A DNA stretch of 64,000 nucleotides from Eledone cirrhosa (GCA_964016885.1 OZ024741.1:50840001-50904000), one strand, 5' to 3'; positions 27,511 through 41,519 are shown, counted from the stretch's first letter. Numbers and translations are program-made. The notes: a model not told the origin generated them from the letters alone.

Positions 27511-27901
27511 TTTATCGAGAATCTCAAATTGTAATACGTGACGTATTCTATTCTATAGCGATTGGGTCTTCAAAATGTTTATTATAAACATACAGAATAT
27601 TTTCGAATATTCTATGTTTGTCTTCATATATATATATATATACATAATATATATATACATAATAAAGTGTTATAGTTTGCTTGAAACATTGTATATAATA
27701 TATAACGTTGAAAGAGAAAGAAGGCTAAACAATACTTCAAGCACACTACAAATTCTTTCTATATACATATAACATACCCTTTTGTGTTTTCTTCTCTATA
27801 TACTGTATGATAAAGAGCCCGATACTTATTCCTTGAGCTTATTAAATTACAGGTGATTAACGCGAGCCTTTAACTCCGTTTTTTCATTTGATATATATAT
27901 A

Positions 27902-29009
27902 CAGTGGCGAACTGGGTCTAAAAATATTGGTTGCCAGGAGATGAAGGGGTCCACCCACATATAGAATGCTATCATTTAATTTTATAATGAATAAATAACA
28001 TTTTCGAAAAATACATAAGTGGAAATAAAAGAGTGCAATCAAATTTTTGCTGAAAAATATTTTACCTTCTCCAAGAAAAAAATATGTATTTTCCGAAATC
28101 CAGAGACTTTCAATAATGACCATAAGTCGACCCTAAATATTACTAATAGCTCTAGGAAAGCCATGAAAGACACCATATCTTTTTAACTTTGATTTTGAAA
28201 GTAGGTTTATAATTATCAATTTTCATTATGCTGCTGTATATGTCTCGGTGGCTTAGTTGGAGGGATCATACCCAGTGGTGAACCTGGTCTGAAGTTCAAT
28301 CCTGGTCGGTAGTAGGGTTCCTGGTAAACCTTTTCAGTTTTTTTTCTATTGGTTTTAAAATAAAAACTGAAAAGGTTACATGTACCTCTTGACAAGGATT
28401 GAACCTATTGCCAGGATCTCCACCGTCTCTGGTACTTACCGCTAGGCCACAGAGACAACTACGAAAATCTTGTGACATTCATACTTATAAACCAACTTTC
28501 AACATTTTCAAAACAAAGTGTTGTGGTGTCGTTCATATCTTTCTTAATGTTATTGCTCCTACTTAAGGTCGACTTCTAAATCATTTGGTTGTTCCATAAA
28601 CTACATCCTCGTTTTGTTTCACATCTATCGAGACTATATTTTAACCTGTAATCTATGTTTCATTTCTGTCGCACTTCACCCCCCCCCCCCTCTGTCTATA
28701 TATGTATGTTTGCATGGATGAATGAATATACTAAGCTTTAGATTTAGTAGAATGTACAACCACTGATTACAGCTATTTGCACTAACGTATATTTTGGTTT
28801 CTAGTCATTCCCTGGGGAATTGGTTGACCAAATGCTTTGCTTAATTGTTTTATTTGTTTAAAAATTTGTTTATTCTTTCTCTTAGATTTCAGGTATTTTT
28901 TTAAAGCAAAGCACTGGCCCCTAAAATACTACAGTGGGCCTGCAATGTTACTGTGGATCCACAGGGGCCTACTTGCCATTGGGCAACTTGGCAACCTGGC
29001 CAGTCCGCC

Positions 29010-29013
<4 letters not shown>
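27902..29013. mobile_element. Non-autonomous hAT-like DNA transposon
   Basis: Imperfect 14-bp TIRs CAGTGGCGAACTGG / CCAGTCCGCCACTT in (TA)n; second copy of the left end at about 36170-36386 (-). Confidence 0.65.
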
Positions 29014-29108
<95 letters not shown>

Positions 29109-29329
29109 GCATATGACGGTTGTCTACTCAACATAGAACTTGACCACCTCAGTGTACATGGAGTCCAGTTCTGGCATGAGAACCCATGTGACTTTTTAGA
29201 CCAAACAAACTTAAAATGTCGTCTACATAAATTGCACCTTATATTCGGAGTAGCTTCAACTGCCTGAGTTGTCTGATCTTGATGAACCCTGAAATGTCCT
29301 GAAATATCCCTTTAGACCTCCTTTAGATT

Positions 29330-30200
29330 TTCATATTTTGTCACATATATGGTATTGATAAATGTGAACTGTAGGAAGTGTCCTATGGTGTGCTCTCATG
29401 TGAGATTGAAGTCCAACCTCCGACAGGCAGATTTTGCCACAAACTGTACAAGTAGAAAAAATCCCATTAATTTCGTAATCACTTACTGGTTGTTTTTTCT
29501 TTATATTCCTCTTAATATTTACCTGCATTAATCTATTTTGCTCAAATGTTTTCACACCGTCCCATATTTTTGAATGCCAGGTAGAGCGATCCACTGCAAG
29601 TCTTTCCAGTATTTTTTTAAATTGATTCCTACATTTTTCAAGTTCTCCCCCAATGCATCATTTGGACCTCTTCTTTGGTTGCTCTGTTTCCTTTTTCTCT
29701 GAGCAAGTTCCCCATAAAATAATTGCTTAGTGATACGTTCGTCAGCCATACGGACTATATGTCCAGACCACCGCAGTTGGTTTTTCAGAATTATTGCCTG
29801 GATGGAACAAATACAAAATGCAGCTAAAACATCAAAGTTAGGAGTTAATGAATTCCATTCTACTTTTAGGATATGACGTAAGCATTTTTGCTGGAATCGT
29901 TCCAGGAGTCTGATGTGATATTTATAACATGTCCAACTTTTAGACGAGTAGAGTAAGGGAGGATAACAAAAAAGCTCTATAAACAAACATTTTTGTTTCG
30001 ATCTTGATATGTTTTTGTGACCAAACCGGAGACTCTAAATTACCAAAAAGATTTTGCTGCCTTTTGAATCTTTAGCGATATTTCTGGATCCAATGTTCCA
30101 TCTTTACTTATTGTGCTTCCAAGAAATATGAATGACCTTAAGAAGTTTACCCCACACATATATTTTCGGTTGGTGCACAATTTGACCAGGAGCAGGTTGA
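29330..30200 (-). mobile_element. 5'-truncated RTE (BovB-like) LINE with C-terminal C2H2 finger
   Basis: LLYSSKSW, LERFQQKCLRHIL, QLRWSGHIVRM, KQLFYGEL, CTVCGKICLSEVGLQSHMRAH. Confidence 0.9.
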
Positions 30201-30217
30201 CATAATATATAAATATA

Positions 30218-30309
<92 letters not shown>

Positions 30310-30377
30310 AAAGTTAAACAAGGTTCAATGAATAAATCAAAGAATGAGTTTTACAATAGATTGGAAGCACTCAATAA

Positions 30378-31853
30378 GTATATCGTTTCACTATTACCTA
30401 TAATACTCTATATATATATTTGAACAAATTTGTTTATCTAGTATAATAACATGCTCGTAGTTACATTTATAAGTAATTTAGATACTCAAATGACTCTCTA
30501 TTGTTATAAGTGTTAGATATTTCCTTAATGTTCTAAATTATATAACAATTATTACTTAATTTAATTTAATTTATTTTAATTAAATTTAGATTACCTTCGG
30601 GTCATTCAAATCCTTAGCTCCTCTTTCTATCATCTTCGTGGACATTTTAGAAGTGTCTTTTGTCTACTATATAATAAAATCCTCTTGCATTTTAAACTAT
30701 ATTTTTTTAATATTGGGCGTTTTCATGTTTCGCAAACAATTCATTATTTTTTCACTTTTTATTTTGTATCTAGTCCTTATCCTTAGGACTCATGAAGTTT
30801 TGACTTGTATATTTATAGTATATATCTATTAAATGATCCTATTACAATAATTGATCTAAAACATTAATTTTTAACAATATTTTCAGTAACTTATTTACTA
30901 TATTGTATTATGTTATGTATATTTGAGAGGTATCATCTTAAGTCTTTAGACAATATAATCTTTGTGTATTTTTTTTGATAAACGCATATATGGAATTTAA
31001 AATTCAGACCTTTTTTAAAGTTTAATTATAAGGCCTGTTGATCCTTTAGGCACTCAAATTGTTAATCATAAATTCTTTAAAAATTATAACTGTAATTATT
31101 TTCTAAATTATATTATATAAACTGTTGTCTATATTATATAATAAATTTGGTAAAGTTTACCTTCGTGAGGTTGTAAAAACATTATGTTTTCTTTCTCGTG
31201 TTTGTAAATCCTTTAAATTAAATTTCATAAAATTTGATTTTAGAAATTAAATTTGATAGTATACTTTAATATTAATACAGATACTTATTAACTTTTAAAA
31301 CCTAAAATATTATTCATTACTCTGAACTAACTTAAATTAAATATTTTGAATGTTAACGGTCAACCAGATATGTTTAGATACATATTGTATATATGGATAA
31401 TTGTCTGAAGACTTGAACATAAGTTATTCCTCTTTATCTCTCTCTGTAATCAACTCTCCTTTGTTTTTCTAGGCTCCTACTAACTATATTATCAACCCAT
31501 CTGTTTTTTCTTCTATGCTTTTTTTTTCTTTCCTCTTTCTTCAGTAATTTAAATTATTTAACAGTTTATATTGCTGCCAAGTATTTTTTAAGCTTTCTCA
31601 CACGCACCCTCTCTATTGTATGTATTATATATTTTTCTCATGTTCTCAATATTAAGGTATATAAATATTGAGTTTTGTCATATATTACTCACTACCATGA
31701 CTGAATCTTAACCATCTACTATGTCAGGGTATGTCATGCATCATCTTATTTTATCTGATGAGGACGTACTGTTGAAGTTAACTCAGTACCTCTGAAATAT
31801 GTATAATAAAATATACTTGATCACAAGAATATCTATTTTGTTAATATTTTGAA

Positions 31854-31860
<7 letters not shown>
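30378..31860 (+). mobile_element. Non-coding 3' part of the same PLE family as 15387-18910, opposite orientation
   Basis: Reverse complement of about 15387-17092 with scattered substitutions and indels. Confidence 0.9.
31747..31813 (+). ncRNA. Candidate minimal hammerhead ribozyme
   Basis: Same sequence as the 15435-15501 motif. Confidence 0.8.
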
Positions 31861-31905
<45 letters not shown>

Positions 31906-32379
31906 GAGGGTCATACTGTTATAATACTGCCAGAAATATATAATTAAAAAACCCACTATTTGGTTTGGGCTGGTTTTCGCTGCCGTATATTTTATATCCC
32001 TATAGTTAATTTACCTGGCATCAATGAGTGACCATATATATACTCTTCTTTCCTGATTTATATATATATATATATTAAAATTAAGTGTTAAAGAAGGTCT
32101 GTTCATCTTTCTCAACAAGAAAGATGAACAAATCTTCTTCAACACTTAATTTAAAATTTTAAATTAAATTTTTAATTATTTTTAATTATTTTTAATCGTA
32201 ATATTCAACATTTGATAAGATGGATTACACTGATACATCGAAACCGGTTATATTTTATATATTTTATATACATTATAAAACTGTTCCTCTCATTTTTTCA
32301 ATAATGTCACTTTGACGGATCAAAGGAGAAAAAAAGAAAAACAGATCCTTTAAATATATTTTTTCCGTGCTGTTACCAA

Positions 32380-32496
<117 letters not shown>

Positions 32497-32744
32497 AGTT
32501 GTTTGTAGGGGAAAATATTAAAATAAATGATATTAAAAGTAGTGTCTGATAAATCATAGAATAAATGAAGTCAGTATGGAAGGATATTATATAGATATTT
32601 AATGAAATCCACAAAGCAGGAAAGACGAAAAAGGTTTCAGAGATGAATGTTTAGAATATGAGTTTTAAAAAAAGATGGGAGTTTATTTTGTCAACCCCGG
32701 TAGGATGATAGGGGGTCCCATGCAATAGCCACGATCGCCGCACA

Positions 32745-33230
32745 AGTGACTTCTGTGTCTGGCTAGGATTTGCACTGGCGTCGTTGGGCATAACCCCACT
32801 CACCTCACAAGTCCTAGCGTTGTGTCTCTGGCTAGGGCTTGCACTGGCGTCACTGGGCATATCCCCACTCGCCTCGCAAGTCCAAGGGTTGAGTGTTAGT
32901 CTATGGCTTGCACTGGCGTCGTTGGGCATATCCCCGATCGCCTCGTAAGTCCTAGCGTTGTGTGTCTGGCTATGGCTTGCATTAGCGTCGATTTTTTTCG
33001 ACACTTTCAAAAACACACATTTCATATAGATTTTTTTGGACACTTTCAAAAACACTTTTAATATCGATTTTTTTTTCAACATTTTCACAAACACAGTTTT
33101 CAACAAGCCCTAGCGTTGCGTGCCTGACTATGGCTTGCATTGGCATCGCTGGGCATGACCCCGCTCGCCTCGCAACTTACTTTTCAACAAGCCCTAGCGT
33201 TGCGTGCCTGGCTATAGCTTGCATTGGCTA
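32745..33230. repeat. GC-rich minisatellite, unit about 69 bp
   Basis: GCTTGCACTGGCGTC..TGGGCATA.CCCC.CTCGCCTCGCAAGTCCTAGCGTTG repeated about 5 times, interrupted by a T-rich repeat. Confidence 0.85.
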
Positions 33231-33437
33231 TAGCAGTCATCATCATCATATATACAAATATACTCACACATACAAACACACACACACACACATATATATA
33301 TATAAGCAACAAAGTAAGTGTTGGTAAAATCCAGTACTTCAGTATGCGGATAGGGAGCACTTAACGAAGTTATAAGTTCCAGAGTTATAATAGTGACGAA
33401 ACATAAGTCAATTGCATGAACTCATAATCCTTTATTT

Positions 33438-33493
33438 ACTGCTATATATATTTCGATGATAGCCATTGAATGGCTATGACCTCATCAGGCAGT
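33438..33493 (-). ncRNA. Candidate minimal hammerhead ribozyme
   Basis: ACTGC-CTGATGA-GGTCATAGCCATTCAATGGCTATCATC-GAAA-TATATA-TA-GCAGT. Confidence 0.85.
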
Positions 33494-35969
33494 TAGTCAG
33501 TTCTTAGATATGCCAGCTCTGTGTTTATAGTGTTGATGGTATCAGAGCCTTGGGACATATGAGCTTGTTGGGAATAATTTAATGTTGTCAGCAGGAATGG
33601 TCTTGATTCTCATTGCTCAGTTTGTAGATGGTAGTAGGGTTGGTATTTGACCTTAAAGAGGCAGGTGGTGTTGTAAAGTTCAAACCGTCAGGCAAGATGA
33701 CAATAGTTCCATATGACTGATTTTCGCAAAAAGCATTCCTGGTCAGATATATATTCAATTAAGGTTAATAGTATGAAATAGATACTACAGGTCATTCTTA
33801 AATTGGGGAATTTATGTGGAGTGGTGCTACTGAAAATTATGGTTGGAGTAGAAAATTTACAAATAAAGAGACTTATGTAGGTTGGCTTGCACTACACTCA
33901 CACCCACCTCCACAGACACACACACACATCCACACATACAAAATGTGGGGTGGTAATACTTAAAATAATGGTTAGAGTCCAATACTTAGATAGTTTAGAA
34001 AATTTAGAAATAAAAGGTTTATGCTGGTTGACTTGTACATACACTCACACCTACTCCCTCAGACACTCACACATCTACACACACAAATCCATACAGGTGT
34101 GTATATATATATATGTATGCATGTATGTACGCACAAGTATATATATATATATATAAAATATATATATATACACAGAACATACATATATATAAAATATATA
34201 CATATAAAAATAAAAAAAAATATATATACATAAAATACACATACATAAAATATATACACACATAAAACATACATACATATATATATATAAAATACACATA
34301 CATATACATATACATATAAAATATATACATATATATACATACATATATATAAAATACATATATATACACATATAAAATATATACATATATACACATGATA
34401 TATATATACATATATATATAAAATCAGGTTCAATAAAACGTGGTTTAGATGACTCCTAACCAGTAGAGGATCCGGTGGACCATCCACCATAGGGACCACA
34501 AGCTATGGGTGGTTGTTGTTGTCCATTGGTCATTGGTACGGGGTGTAGGGGACCTACAGGGGGGGGGGGGGGCGTAACCGGGGTTTATCCATATAGCTTG
34601 AGGAAAGTTACCGTCCTTAGGTGTCTGTAGGCACCGAATAAGTCGGCCCTTCTGTTTAATAGCTTGGTTCCGCCATGAAGAATCTCGAGTGTCTCACTAA
34701 GACAGAGGTTGCAAATACCAGACCCGTCTCTGTCTGGGGGAACCTTTCTAACCACGGACCAGACCAGAGAGTGCGGGGTCTTTTCAAGTTTGAGCTTCCA
34801 GATCAATTCAGAAAGGGCCGTACATTTCCTCTTATCTATTCTGTTAAAGGAATGGCGATGGTTATACCACCGATCTTTGAAGCTCATCGCTGTGGATCCT
34901 ATGTAGTGGTGTTCCGAGTTAGGGGTTGTGACCTTGCACATGTAGACCACGTTTTTCGTCATGCATTCATTACTAAGGGAGCATAGTGATGGGTCTCTGC
35001 AATTACATGACTTCTTAAGCCCCACCACATGTACCGCGGGGTTACCATCACTCGGGGTTGGCTGGGTAGCCTCCGCAATCAGCACAGGGTCGTTGGGTTC
35101 CGGTGTGCTAGTTGGGCCTGTCCGAGTTCCGTTGCGTGCTGGTTCTGTTGGGTGGCTCCGGGGTTTACGGTGGTATTAGAGGCAGTGAGCTTATTCCTAT
35201 TTATGCCAGCTATGTGCTGGGCTACGGAGCGTGTAGTTGAGTAGGAAAGTTTCACCGTGTGTCTGTTGAATATTTTATGGTACTTGTGGGCCCTAGGGGA
35301 ACATTTATCCAGTACTCTAAAGAATGTTTTAGCCAGGCTGGTACGTAGACCCACCGAGTACGGAGGGTTATACCATGTGACCTTCCTGGTCCTATTCTTG
35401 CGGGGTTGTTGGGTGTCCGCCGTGGGCCATCGCGTGGTTGTGCACAGCTCAGGTCGAGCTCGGTTGAAACTATCTAAGTATTGGACTCTAACTATTATTT
35501 TAAGTATTACCACCCCACATTTTGTATGTGTGGATGTGTGTGTATGTCTGTGGAGGTGGGTGTGAGTGTAGTGCAAGCCAACCTACATAAGTCTTTTTAT
35601 TTGTAAATTTTCTACTCCAACCATAAATTTCAGTAGCACCACTCCACATAAATTCCTCAATTTAAGAATGACCTGTAGTATCTATTTCAAACTATTAACC
35701 TTAATTGAATATATATCTGACCAGGAATGCTTTTTGCGAAAATCAGTCATATGGAACTATTGTCATCTTGCCTGACGGTTTGAACTTTACAACACCACCT
35801 GCCTCTTTGAGGTCAAATACCAACCCTACTAGCATCTACAAACTGACCAATGAGAATCAAGACTATTCCTGCTGACAACATTAAATTATTCCTAACAAGC
35901 TCATATGTCCCAAGGCTCTGATACCATCAACACTATAAACACAGAGCTGGCATATCTAAGAACTGACTA

Positions 35970-36025
35970 ACTGCCTGATGAGGTCATAGCCATTCAATGG
36001 CTATCATCGAAATATATATAGCAGT
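35970..36025 (+). ncRNA. Candidate minimal hammerhead ribozyme (inverted pLTR copy)
   Basis: Same sequence as 33438-33493 on the plus strand. Confidence 0.85.
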
Positions 36026-36066
36026 AAATAAAGGATTATGAGTTCATGCAATTAACTTATGTTTCG

Positions 36067-36119
<53 letters not shown>

Positions 36120-36386
36120 TGAAAAGCGAAGGTCATTACTGCTATTTTGTGGATGTGTATATCTCACAAGATCTTTTTTATTGGAGAAGGTAAGACATTT
36201 TTAATATATTCTATAATCCGTATTTTTATTTTACAGTTTTACGGTCAATTGCATACACAGAAACAGAGAGGATTTTTCGAAAGTTTTATCTATTCGATAT
36301 AAAAATTAAATGATAGTATTGTAGTTGTGTGTGGGCCCCTTTATTTATTTCTGGCAACCAATATTTTTACACCCAGTCCGCCAATG

Positions 36387-36469
<83 letters not shown>

Positions 36470-36517
36470 AAGAAGTGTAAGTCAACAGGGTAAAATTAGC
36501 TTCGTTTATTCATATTC

Positions 36518-36576
36518 GGTACTATATATATTTCAGTGATAGCAATTATTCAACAGCTATGACCTCATCAGGCAGT
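36518..36576 (-). ncRNA. Candidate hammerhead, weakened helix I
   Basis: CTGATGA-GGTCATAGCTGTTGAATAATTGCTATCACT-GAAA-TATATA-TA. Confidence 0.65.
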
Positions 36577-36779
36577 AAGAATTTGAACAGAAAATACAGG
36601 AAAACATAATGTTGTAATAGATTTTACCTCGTTAATCCATTGATATCCAGAGTGTCGTGTTAGCCATTTAAAGAACTGAAAGCATATCTGTTCCTTATCA
36701 AGATTTGTGAACAAAACTAAGTGCAGACCTCCACCCCTCTAAAAAATGTTATCAGAAAAATTTAAATTAAAAAAGAAAT

Positions 36780-37190
36780 CAACAAACGAAAATACTGCCA
36801 ACAGCAACAGCTGAGAAGAAATGGGCCATTGAGAAAATCAAACTCAATCCCAAAGTGTTCTTTTCATTTACAAAGAAACACAAGGTCACTGATTCTATTG
36901 TTGGCCCACTAATTGATGAGAATGGCACTCTCCAAGATAATGCTAAAACCATGGGTGCGATACTGCAGAAACTATACTGCTTTGTTTTCAGCAATCCTGA
37001 TATGGCTGATCTGGGCTGTAATAGTGATGTTAACCCCCAACACACTATATCTGACATAACGTTTGGAGCCCCTGAAGTCTTAGAGGCAATAAAACAAATT
37101 AAATACAATTCAGCAGTAGGCCCCGATAGGTTCCCTGCTAGCGTCCTGAAGGTGTGTCGACACCAACTTGCATAGCCTCTAGCAAATCTG
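36780..37190 (+). mobile_element. CR1/L2-like LINE ORF2 fragment
   Basis: NPKVFFSF, VGPLIDENG, SAVGPDRFPASVLKVCRHQLA*PL. Confidence 0.75.
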
Positions 37191-37377
37191 GAGGATCTCA
37201 CTGGACGCTGACTAAATCCCTGAAAACTTTCTGTCCCAATCTTTGATGACATTATAAGAGCTGTGGGAGAGGGCTCCACCATTGATGTCATACACATATA
37301 CATACATACGCACATATACACATATGTTCATTAATGCATACAAATATATAGATATAGATATACATCCGCATATATCC

Positions 37378-37439
<62 letters not shown>

Positions 37440-37440
37440 A

Positions 37441-37479
<39 letters not shown>

Positions 37480-37672
37480 AGGAACGAGTAGGACCCCGAC
37501 GGCTGAGCTCAAGCCGTTTCGACGGCTAATTCTGGACTCAGAATTAGCCGTCGAAACGGCTTGAGCTCAGCCGTCGGGGTCCTACTCGTTCCTATTACCC
37601 ACTCTACTACCCCAAGTATTGAGTACTTTGGTGCGTTATGGTCCACCTGGTTCCTTACCACATTTCCTCCGT

Positions 37673-37784
<112 letters not shown>

Positions 37785-38576
37785 TATATATACACACATA
37801 TATACACATACACATAGACTGACACGGACATATACGTGCATATACGCACGCGTACAGAAATACAGATATACGTACACAAACGTGTGTGCATGCGTATGCA
37901 CGCGTGTATATGTACACAAACAGACGTAGTATATGTAACTGTAGAAACAAACTATGTTGCCCTTTACAGAATAATTGTCTAAATAAAAACTTAGTATACA
38001 AATGCACCGTAAAAAAAACTAGAGATAAATTATTTAACTATATAGGAGCCACTTCTACAAAATTTAAGGAACGCTGGAATAATCATAAACACACATTTAA
38101 TAGATCGGACAAAAAATTCTCAACATCACTTTCACATTTAATTTGGTCCTTAAAAGACAATAATATTGACTATTCGATCTCTTGGAGAATGATTTCGAAA
38201 GCGCCCGCATACCGGAATATGGCTCTCTCAAGAATTTGTCATCTCTGTATTGAAGACATTTTTCACATAATTACTAATCAAAAGAATGCTATAAACAAAA
38301 AGAAAGAATTATTTAACTCTTGCTTGCATCGATAGTCTAAGACTTTTAGAAGTATCTATGATCTATAGAAAATATTATATATAGCCTCTATATCTTGCCC
38401 AATTACATTTTATATGTCTTCGCTGTTTCTTGTGATGTTTTTTTTTGTGATGTTTTTAATGATATTTTTGAAGGTATTTTTGATGTTTGTTAATTTTTTT
38501 TCTAATAGGCTTTATAGGTATTTTAAATCCATATATACAAATACGTAATATCATCAAATTTATGCATAGGTATAAA

Positions 38577-38937
38577 TTATTGTTTCTACTTTTGGCAAAA
38601 GGCCAGCAATTATCCAGTGCATTACTGGTACTTTATTTTATCGACCCTGTAAGGATGAAAGGCAAAGTTAACTTCGGCGGGAGTTGAATTCAGAATGGCA
38701 AGGGCCGTAACTCTATGCGTCAAAGCATGGCGTCCGATCCACTACCGATACTGCCAAAATAATTGTTTCTACTTTAGGCACAAGGCCAGCAATTACCCAG
38801 TACATTACTGGTACTTTATTTTATCGACCCCGTAAGGATGAAAGGCAAAGTTAACCTCGGCGGGATTGGAACTCAGACTGTAAAGGGACGTAACTATGCT
38901 AGAAAGCATGGCGTCCAACCCTCTACCGATACTGCCA
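38577..38937 (-). mobile_element. Two tandem SINE family A copies
   Basis: Family A core at 38577-38757 and 38761-38937. Confidence 0.9.
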
Positions 38938-39250
38938 AAAAATAATGTTATCAAAATATATACATAACATTTTTATCTTAGAACATATGTAATATATGAT
39001 ACTCTAATCATATATAAATAATTTTTTCCATATACTACAATTAGAATATAATTTAAAAGTAAATTCGGGACTAAACGATAAATATAACTATAATTTAACT
39101 CTGTAAACTAAGAAGAATTAAGGCTATCTTTTCCTTTGAAAAGAAATATCTAATATCTACGTAACATTTAAACTTTACATAAATATTAAAATTTCGTAAA
39201 TTTATTTCTATCTTGATGCAACTATAGAATATACAAAATAATATACACCT

Positions 39251-39918
39251 TCTATACTAGAACTACTTCCATATTCTTAAGCCATATATTGAAAATGTAA
39301 ACATATCTTCGCACAACATATAAACGAATCGTCAGTGGAATCTGCTATTCGACGGTGGCAAGATGCTGAACGTACTGCCACCAGAAGAGCACTTGAAACA
39401 GACAACCAACGAACCATTCGCCGAACCGTGTCAGCTTTGCAATGTCTATGAACAAATCCCATGGTCAGACCCTAGCTGTTGCTGGTCTTCTTTTCGAAGA
39501 GTTATGTTTTTCACACGGGCAACTATACGTTGGCTGCTCAAGAGTGGAAAGCAAGACAAATCTCTTTGCATATGCCCGACACGGAAGAACAAGGAACATT
39601 GTGTACAAGGAGGTGCTACAATCATTGTTTAGGTAGACAGGGATATACACGATTGGCTGAAGAAGGACGAGACTCTGTTAGCAGTACGACCAACGGCTGC
39701 TATCACACCAACAGCAGCAAAAACAACAACACAAAAGAGAGGGAACGCAATTATATGCTTTTGAAAAATCTTAATGGAAAATTATTTGCCTAATCACAAA
39801 ATGTAGACACCATCCCCAGGCCGAGGTATTCCGTACTTCTCTGTACTGTTTCAGAAAGGAAGGATAAACATGCCAATCTATGTTTAGAAGCCCGAGCAAC
39901 GCTGGGCCATTCTGCTAG
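39251..39918 (+). mobile_element. Internally deleted Helitron
   Basis: 5' TCTATACTAG; PIF1-like helicase C-terminus FAMSMNKSHGQTL...CFSHGQLYVGCSRV...TRNIVYKEVL; 3' hairpin GCCCGAGCAACGCTGGGC then CTAG|T. Confidence 0.9.
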
Positions 39919-40285
39919 TTAAATAATAAAATAAATAAAAATAAATATAATTATTTCATTCTCTCTACGCCCTCACAAATACGTTCTGGACAATTATATA
40001 CGTACATTCCTATAAATATTCTGTTAATAACTTTAATATATATATTTTTTCTTAAAATCTTTCCTTAAATTCTCTTCCACCCTAATAATAACCTCTATTT
40101 CCTTTTCTTATAAAAAAAATAATCCTAATAATTATTTAAATTTACCTAGCGTCTGAACATAACGATCTTTTTCAGTTTTAACGTTATCCTCATTAGCATA
40201 TTCATCTTTTTTTTTCACTATTCAAATAGTACTCACAACATTAAGTTCTTGTCTGAATATGTCATTATCTGTAAACCAACTTTTG

Positions 40286-40342
40286 TATTTTATCTGATGA
40301 GTACCAAAATGTTGGTACCCTTGAAATATATGTAATAAAATA
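40286..40342 (+). ncRNA. Candidate minimal hammerhead ribozyme
   Basis: TATTTTAT-CTGATGA-GTACCAAAATGTTGGTAC-CCTT-GAAA-TATATG-TA-ATAAAATA. Confidence 0.7.
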
Positions 40343-40770
40343 AATATCGTTTTATAAAGATAGCTTCCATTTATTAATATTATATATATATATATATACA
40401 CACGCACATATATATATATATATATATATATACAAACATATGTATGGGTGCTCAAACGTGCACGCAGATACGAACACACCCAAACATGCATGTGTACACA
40501 CTCATGCATACACGCACGCACACACACATAAATACCCACATACACAGACACACACATATACACGCATACATATTAACATACATACACACATGCAGACACA
40601 TACACAAATATATATATATACACACAAATATATGTATACATCTATATGAATATTGCGTTGAAATGTCCCAAACCCCCAGCAGACAATTAATGAAGGAAAA
40701 TTTTCTCCCGTTCTTGCTTTCCTCTTTTATAAGTACACCTTATCCAGCAGCTACACAGCCCCTGTTTCTT

Positions 40771-40824
<54 letters not shown>

Positions 40825-41246
40825 CGCAGACATACACATAGATACATGTATATACATGCTCCCTTGCATATGCCTATACATAGATACACACACAAGCGTA
40901 CATATGCATGAGCATTTACATAAACTTACATTACGCACTTACATACGTACACGCTTACATACGTATTTATATTCGTATATACACACACATGCATATACAT
41001 ACGTACACACACATACACCTTTATATATATATTCATATATACACACATGCATACATATACATGCCCATAACTGTATAGCAATGTACACATAAATATAAAC
41101 TTACATATACACACTTACACATGTACAAGCTTACACACGCATTTACACACGCATTTACATATATACACATATACACACACACACACACATATATATATTT
41201 ATATGTACACACACATGCATATACGTGCACATATATGTACAGCCAT

Positions 41247-41283
<37 letters not shown>

Positions 41284-41519
41284 CACGTATAGAGACGCAC
41301 GTTCACATATCACGTCAAGCAGCTACAAGAATACTTGGAAGTGTGTACAAATAAAGATACACAAATACATACATATACATATAAGTTGCAGAAAAATGTT
41401 CATAGAAGGGTTCTTCTGTTTGTGTGGCGTAGTCCGGACAAGGTCCTGTGTGTGGCCTCACATTTTCTTAGAGGTTTGCGTTTCTCGGGGTCCGTGAGTC
41501 CGTGTATTTAGTGAATAAT

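Larger units (their letters stand above)
33305..36072 (-). mobile_element. Truncated PLE with GIY-YIG region and about 600-bp inverted pseudo-LTRs
   Basis: VTWYNPPY, VKLSYSTT, CNCRDPSLC, YIGSTAMSFKDRWYNH, CNLCLSE; 33391-33996 is the reverse complement of 35467-36072. Confidence 0.92.
37925..40380 (+). mobile_element. Truncated PLE, same family as 8087-9826, with nested SINEs and Helitron
   Basis: [16 protein letters not shown]...YIGATSTKFKERWNNH...CHLCIE...NSCLHR; 3' end matches the reverse complement of about 8090-8340. Confidence 0.88.

Noticed and set aside
32745-33230. CRISPR-like array
   Set aside because: Whole units are homologous with no unique spacers; no cas genes; eukaryotic context
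33391-36072. DNA transposon with long TIRs
   Set aside because: The interior is PLE endonuclease and the arms carry hammerheads, so an inverted pseudo-LTR explains it
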